Shown here: piece by piece, positions 61,231 to 64,000 of the stretch
Numbering within the stretch: the first letter of the stretch is position 1
How the letters are laid out: every line of letters starts with the position of its first letter
From: an uncultured delta proteobacterium
GTDB taxonomy: Bacteria; Desulfobacterota; Binatia; JACPRU01
Direction: 5' to 3'
DNA length: 64,000 nucleotides
Assembly (NCBI GenBank): GCA_963745025.1
Contig: CAVUWD010000016.1
Span: forward strand, 1,056,001-1,120,000
Made by a program: the position numbers and the translations under genes
Notes under the pieces: generated by a model
The model's input: the letters and a program-made list of their open reading frames with translations, nothing else
What the model was told of the DNA's origin: nothing
Database searches by the model: none

Positions 61231-64000
61231 TCAGCGCGATTCCAACATACGCTCTAGTTTATCGGCCTGTGCCACGTACCAGTGCATCGCAAACGTACGC
61301 AGCGCAGCCGTCGCCTGCGCGAGCACGCTGTGCGCGGCCTCCGCGTCGCCATCGCGGGCGAGTACCTCCGCGAGCTGGAGACGCGTCACCGCGGTCTCTC
61401 GCATCGCCCCTCGCACCTCGGCCAGCTTTACGCCGGTCTCGAGATGCGCGCGGGCTTCCGCCAGCTGCGGCTCCGGCCCTCGCATACGGGCAATGCCAAG
61501 GGCGCGGTGGGCCTGAATCTCCCCGATCCGGTCTCCCACCTCGGCGCGGGCGAGGGCGCGGTGCGCGACGGAGACGGCCTCGTCTACCCGCCCGCCGAAG
61601 GCAAGCGCCTCGGCGAGACAGCTGCACTTGACCGACAGCGAGAGCCCGCCGCTCTTCTCGAACGCCGTAACGGCCTCTCGTAGCCGATTGAGGCCCACCG
61701 GATCCCCACGCCCGCACACGAGTGCGTACCCTTCCGTCGTTCGGCTCATCGCATCTATGTAGGGCGCCTCGATGGCGTCCGCGATCGCACGCATCTCCTT
61801 GCTGCGGCGGATGCACGCATCCCATTCACCTTGGAAGAGATCGACCCACGCCACTATCGTCAGGATCGAGCCTTCAAGCTGGCGTTGGCGGAGCTCGCGG
61901 ACGATCGCGAGGGCCTCGCCGACGCGGGTGCGCGCGGTCGCAAAATCGCCGCGCTCGGCATCGACGAGCGCGAGGTAACCCAGGGCGTTGGCGATGACGA
62001 TGGTGCGGCCGCTGGAGCCACCCTCGCGCCGCAGGTGGATCGCCCGAGAGAGGTGATCGGTCGCGAGCCCGAACTCGGCCTCATGGTAGAAGCTCTGGCC
62101 GAGATTGGTGTGGAGCTGCGAGATCAGGCGGTGATCGGCGGCGGCCTGGGCGAGCTCTAGGGCGCGCTCGAAGTGCTGCACGGCGGTCCGGTGATTGCCG
62201 AAGGTGTGCTCGAACCAGCCCATCCAGTAGATGGCGCGCGCGGCACCCCTCAGATACCCGAGGCGCTCGGCGATCTCGTAGGACGCCCGCAGCACGTCTT
62301 GGCGCGCTTCCGCCGGCTGGTACACGGTCACGGCGGCCCACTTCGCGCTGAGGTCGACGCGCTGACGGAGCTGGTCGGGGTCGCTCGCGAGCCGATCGAG
62401 CAGCTCGATCGCCCGCCGATACTGCGTCCGCGCGGCACCCAGCGAAAACGACGCGGCGGCCTTGTCGCCGGCTCGTCCGGCGAACAGCGCCGCGCGCTCG
62501 AAGTCCTCGCCACGTTCGTAGTGCTCGGTGAGCACTTCATAGTGCTCTGAGAGGCGATCCGCTGAGGAGCCCGCCTCGATTGACTGGCCGACTCTCCGAT
62601 GGAGATCGCGCCGACGACGCCGCAGGATGCTCTCGTACGCCACATCGCGCGTGATCGCATGCTTGAAACGATAGGTCGCGTCGCTGCTCCCCGAGTCCGG
62701 CACCTCGCTCACGAGTTCCTGCGCCTCGAGCCGTGCGAGAATTGTCGCGACCGCGCGCTCGCTCTGCGCGGCCACGGTGGCGAGAACACGGAGCGCGAAG
62801 CGCTCGCCCAGCACGGAGGCGAGCCGCAAGAGTTCTCGCTCCGGCGCGTCCAGCCGGTCGATGCGTGCGCGAATTACCGCCTGGACCGTGGGAGGCACCT
62901 CGAGCGCGTCGAATGCGAGGTCAAGGCCCGTCGCGGAGGCTTTGTCGACAAGCGACCGGCAGATCTCTTCCAGGAAGAGAGGGTTGCCGCCGGTCCACCC
63001 ATGGAGGCGACGCACGGTCTCGTCCGAGACCGCCCCGAGACGGGACACGATCACCACGCGGGACTCGGAGGCGTCGAGCGGCCGCAGGTGCAAGCGCCAC
63101 GGGTGCGGGCCACGCCACGGGGGCTCGCCTTCGGGGCGGTAGGTGGTCACCACCATGAGCGCGTGATTGGCGACCGTTGCGGCGAGCTGCTCCAGCGCGG
63201 CGGTGGACGACTCGTCAGCCCAGTGCCAGTCCTCGAGTAGAACGACGAGGGGCTGGCGACGTGCGACCGCCGTGCAGAGCGCCACTAGACTGCGTATCAT
63301 GGCCTCGCGCAAGAGATCGTCCCGTAGCTGCGGAGGCAGCGGGTAGTCGTCGGTTTGGAGCGACAGCAGCTGGAGGTAGAGCGGGAGGTGCTCGGCGAGC
63401 GCTGCATCGATCTCTCGAAGCGCCGCCGCCGCGCTGTTCCGCTGCACGCTCGGAGCATCAGTATCGCGTATATCGAGCAGCTCACGGAGCAAGCGCAGAA
63501 AGGGCTGGAACGGTGGGGGTATTGCGGTGGCATCGCAGGCCGTCAGCACTACGCGGACGTCGTCCGGTACACGCGCACGCGCTTCGAAGAGGAAGCGACT
63601 CTTGCCGACGCCCGGTTCCCCGACGACTGCGATCCAGCGTCCATGACCGAGTCGCGCGTTCTGCAGGCATTCGTCGAGTTCGGCGTGCTCGCGCTCACGA
63701 CCGCAATATGCGCCGACGGCCTGCTCACGCATGTCCTCGAACAAGCCGCGCGGAATCGACCCCAACACGCGAAAGGCTTTGACGGGACATTCCTTGCCCC
63801 GCAGGGGCACCGACCCCAATGGCTCCATCGCGAAGTACCGCACGATGGCGTGATGGGTTTCGCCGTCGACCAGGATCTCGTCTGCTTCGGCCACACCGAC
63901 TAGCCGGGCCGCAGTGTTGATGGTGTCGCCCGTCACCCCGAAGAGCCCTTCGCGCTTGTCGCGCACCTGCGTGACGATCACGCCGGTGCAGATCGCCGTA
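61231..64000 (-). CDS. Adenylate/guanylate cyclase-AAA ATPase-TPR protein (5' end beyond window)
   Basis: GDTINTAARL, GEPGVGKSR, LEDWHWAD, GGNPLFLEE, FKHAITRDVAY, TPR-like tail. Confidence 0.92.
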   Translation of the reverse strand, partial: TAICTGVIVTQVRDKREGLFGVTGDTINTAARLVGVAEADEILVDGETHHAIVRYFAMEPLGSVPLRGKECPVKAFRVLGSIPRGLFEDMREQAVGAYCGREREHAELDECLQNARLGHGRWIAVVGEPGVGKSRFLFEARARVPDDVRVVLTACDATAIPPPFQPFLRLLRELLDIRDTDAPSVQRNSAAAALREIDAALAEHLPLYLQLLSLQTDDYPLPPQLRDDLLREAMIRSLVALCTAVARRQPLVVLLEDWHWADESSTAALEQLAATVANHALMVVTTYRPEGEPPWRGPHPWRLHLRPLDASESRVVIVSRLGAVSDETVRRLHGWTGGNPLFLEEICRSLVDKASATGLDLAFDALEVPPTVQAVIRARIDRLDAPERELLRLASVLGERFALRVLATVAAQSERAVATILARLEAQELVSEVPDSGSSDATYRFKHAITRDVAYESILRRRRRDLHRRVGQSIEAGSSADRLSEHYEVLTEHYERGEDFERAALFAGRAGDKAAASFSLGAARTQYRRAIELLDRLASDPDQLRQRVDLSAKWAAVTVYQPAEARQDVLRASYEIAERLGYLRGAARAIYWMGWFEHTFGNHRTAVQHFERALELAQAAADHRLISQLHTNLGQSFYHEAEFGLATDHLSRAIHLRREGGSSGRTIVIANALGYLALVDAERGDFATARTRVGEALAIVRELRQRQLEGSILTIVAWVDLFQGEWDACIRRSKEMRAIADAIEAPYIDAMSRTTEGYALVCGRGDPVGLNRLREAVTAFEKSGGLSLSVKCSCLAEALAFGGRVDEAVSVAHRALARAEVGDRIGEIQAHRALGIARMRGPEPQLAEARAHLETGVKLAEVRGAMRETAVTRLQLAEVLARDGDAEAAHSVLAQATAALRTFAMHWYVAQADKLERMLESR

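Noticed and set aside
36-63903. Many long Arg/Ala/Pro-rich alternative ORFs (e.g. 20953-22686, 34600-36207, 58063-60003)
   Set aside because: Antisense or off-frame shadows of real genes, typical of high-GC DNA

Overview
High-GC bacterial DNA. The gene mix (MMPL transporter, many LLM oxidoreductases, Pro/Thr-repeat secreted protein, cyclase-AAA-TPR proteins) resembles Binatota-like soil bacteria; this is inference only. Bases 1-4.7 kb look like backbone (PfkB kinase, ferritin-like protein, MMPL). Next come tRNA-Leu(UAA) and a tyrosine integrase/RHH/excisionase module. The remaining ~57 kb is a plasticity zone of mostly single, unrelated metabolic or stress genes separated by 100-300 bp relics of other genes. 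Most notable: (1) several verifiable repeat and relic breakpoints fall on a short GGATAG(C) core, including an 82-bp direct repeat around a three-gene cassette, which suggests attC-less cassette-like gene accretion; (2) three relics of the same adenylate-cyclase segment; (3) a GrdB/PrdB-like selenoprotein with in-frame UGA, a clear SECIS and an unusual U-x-x-D motif; (4) a shell-less aminoacetone/1-amino-2-propanol (RMM-type) enzyme trio; (5) a half tRNA-Gly att relic and several integrase relics. Some frameshifts may be sequencing errors. All family calls come from motif recognition; no searches were run.
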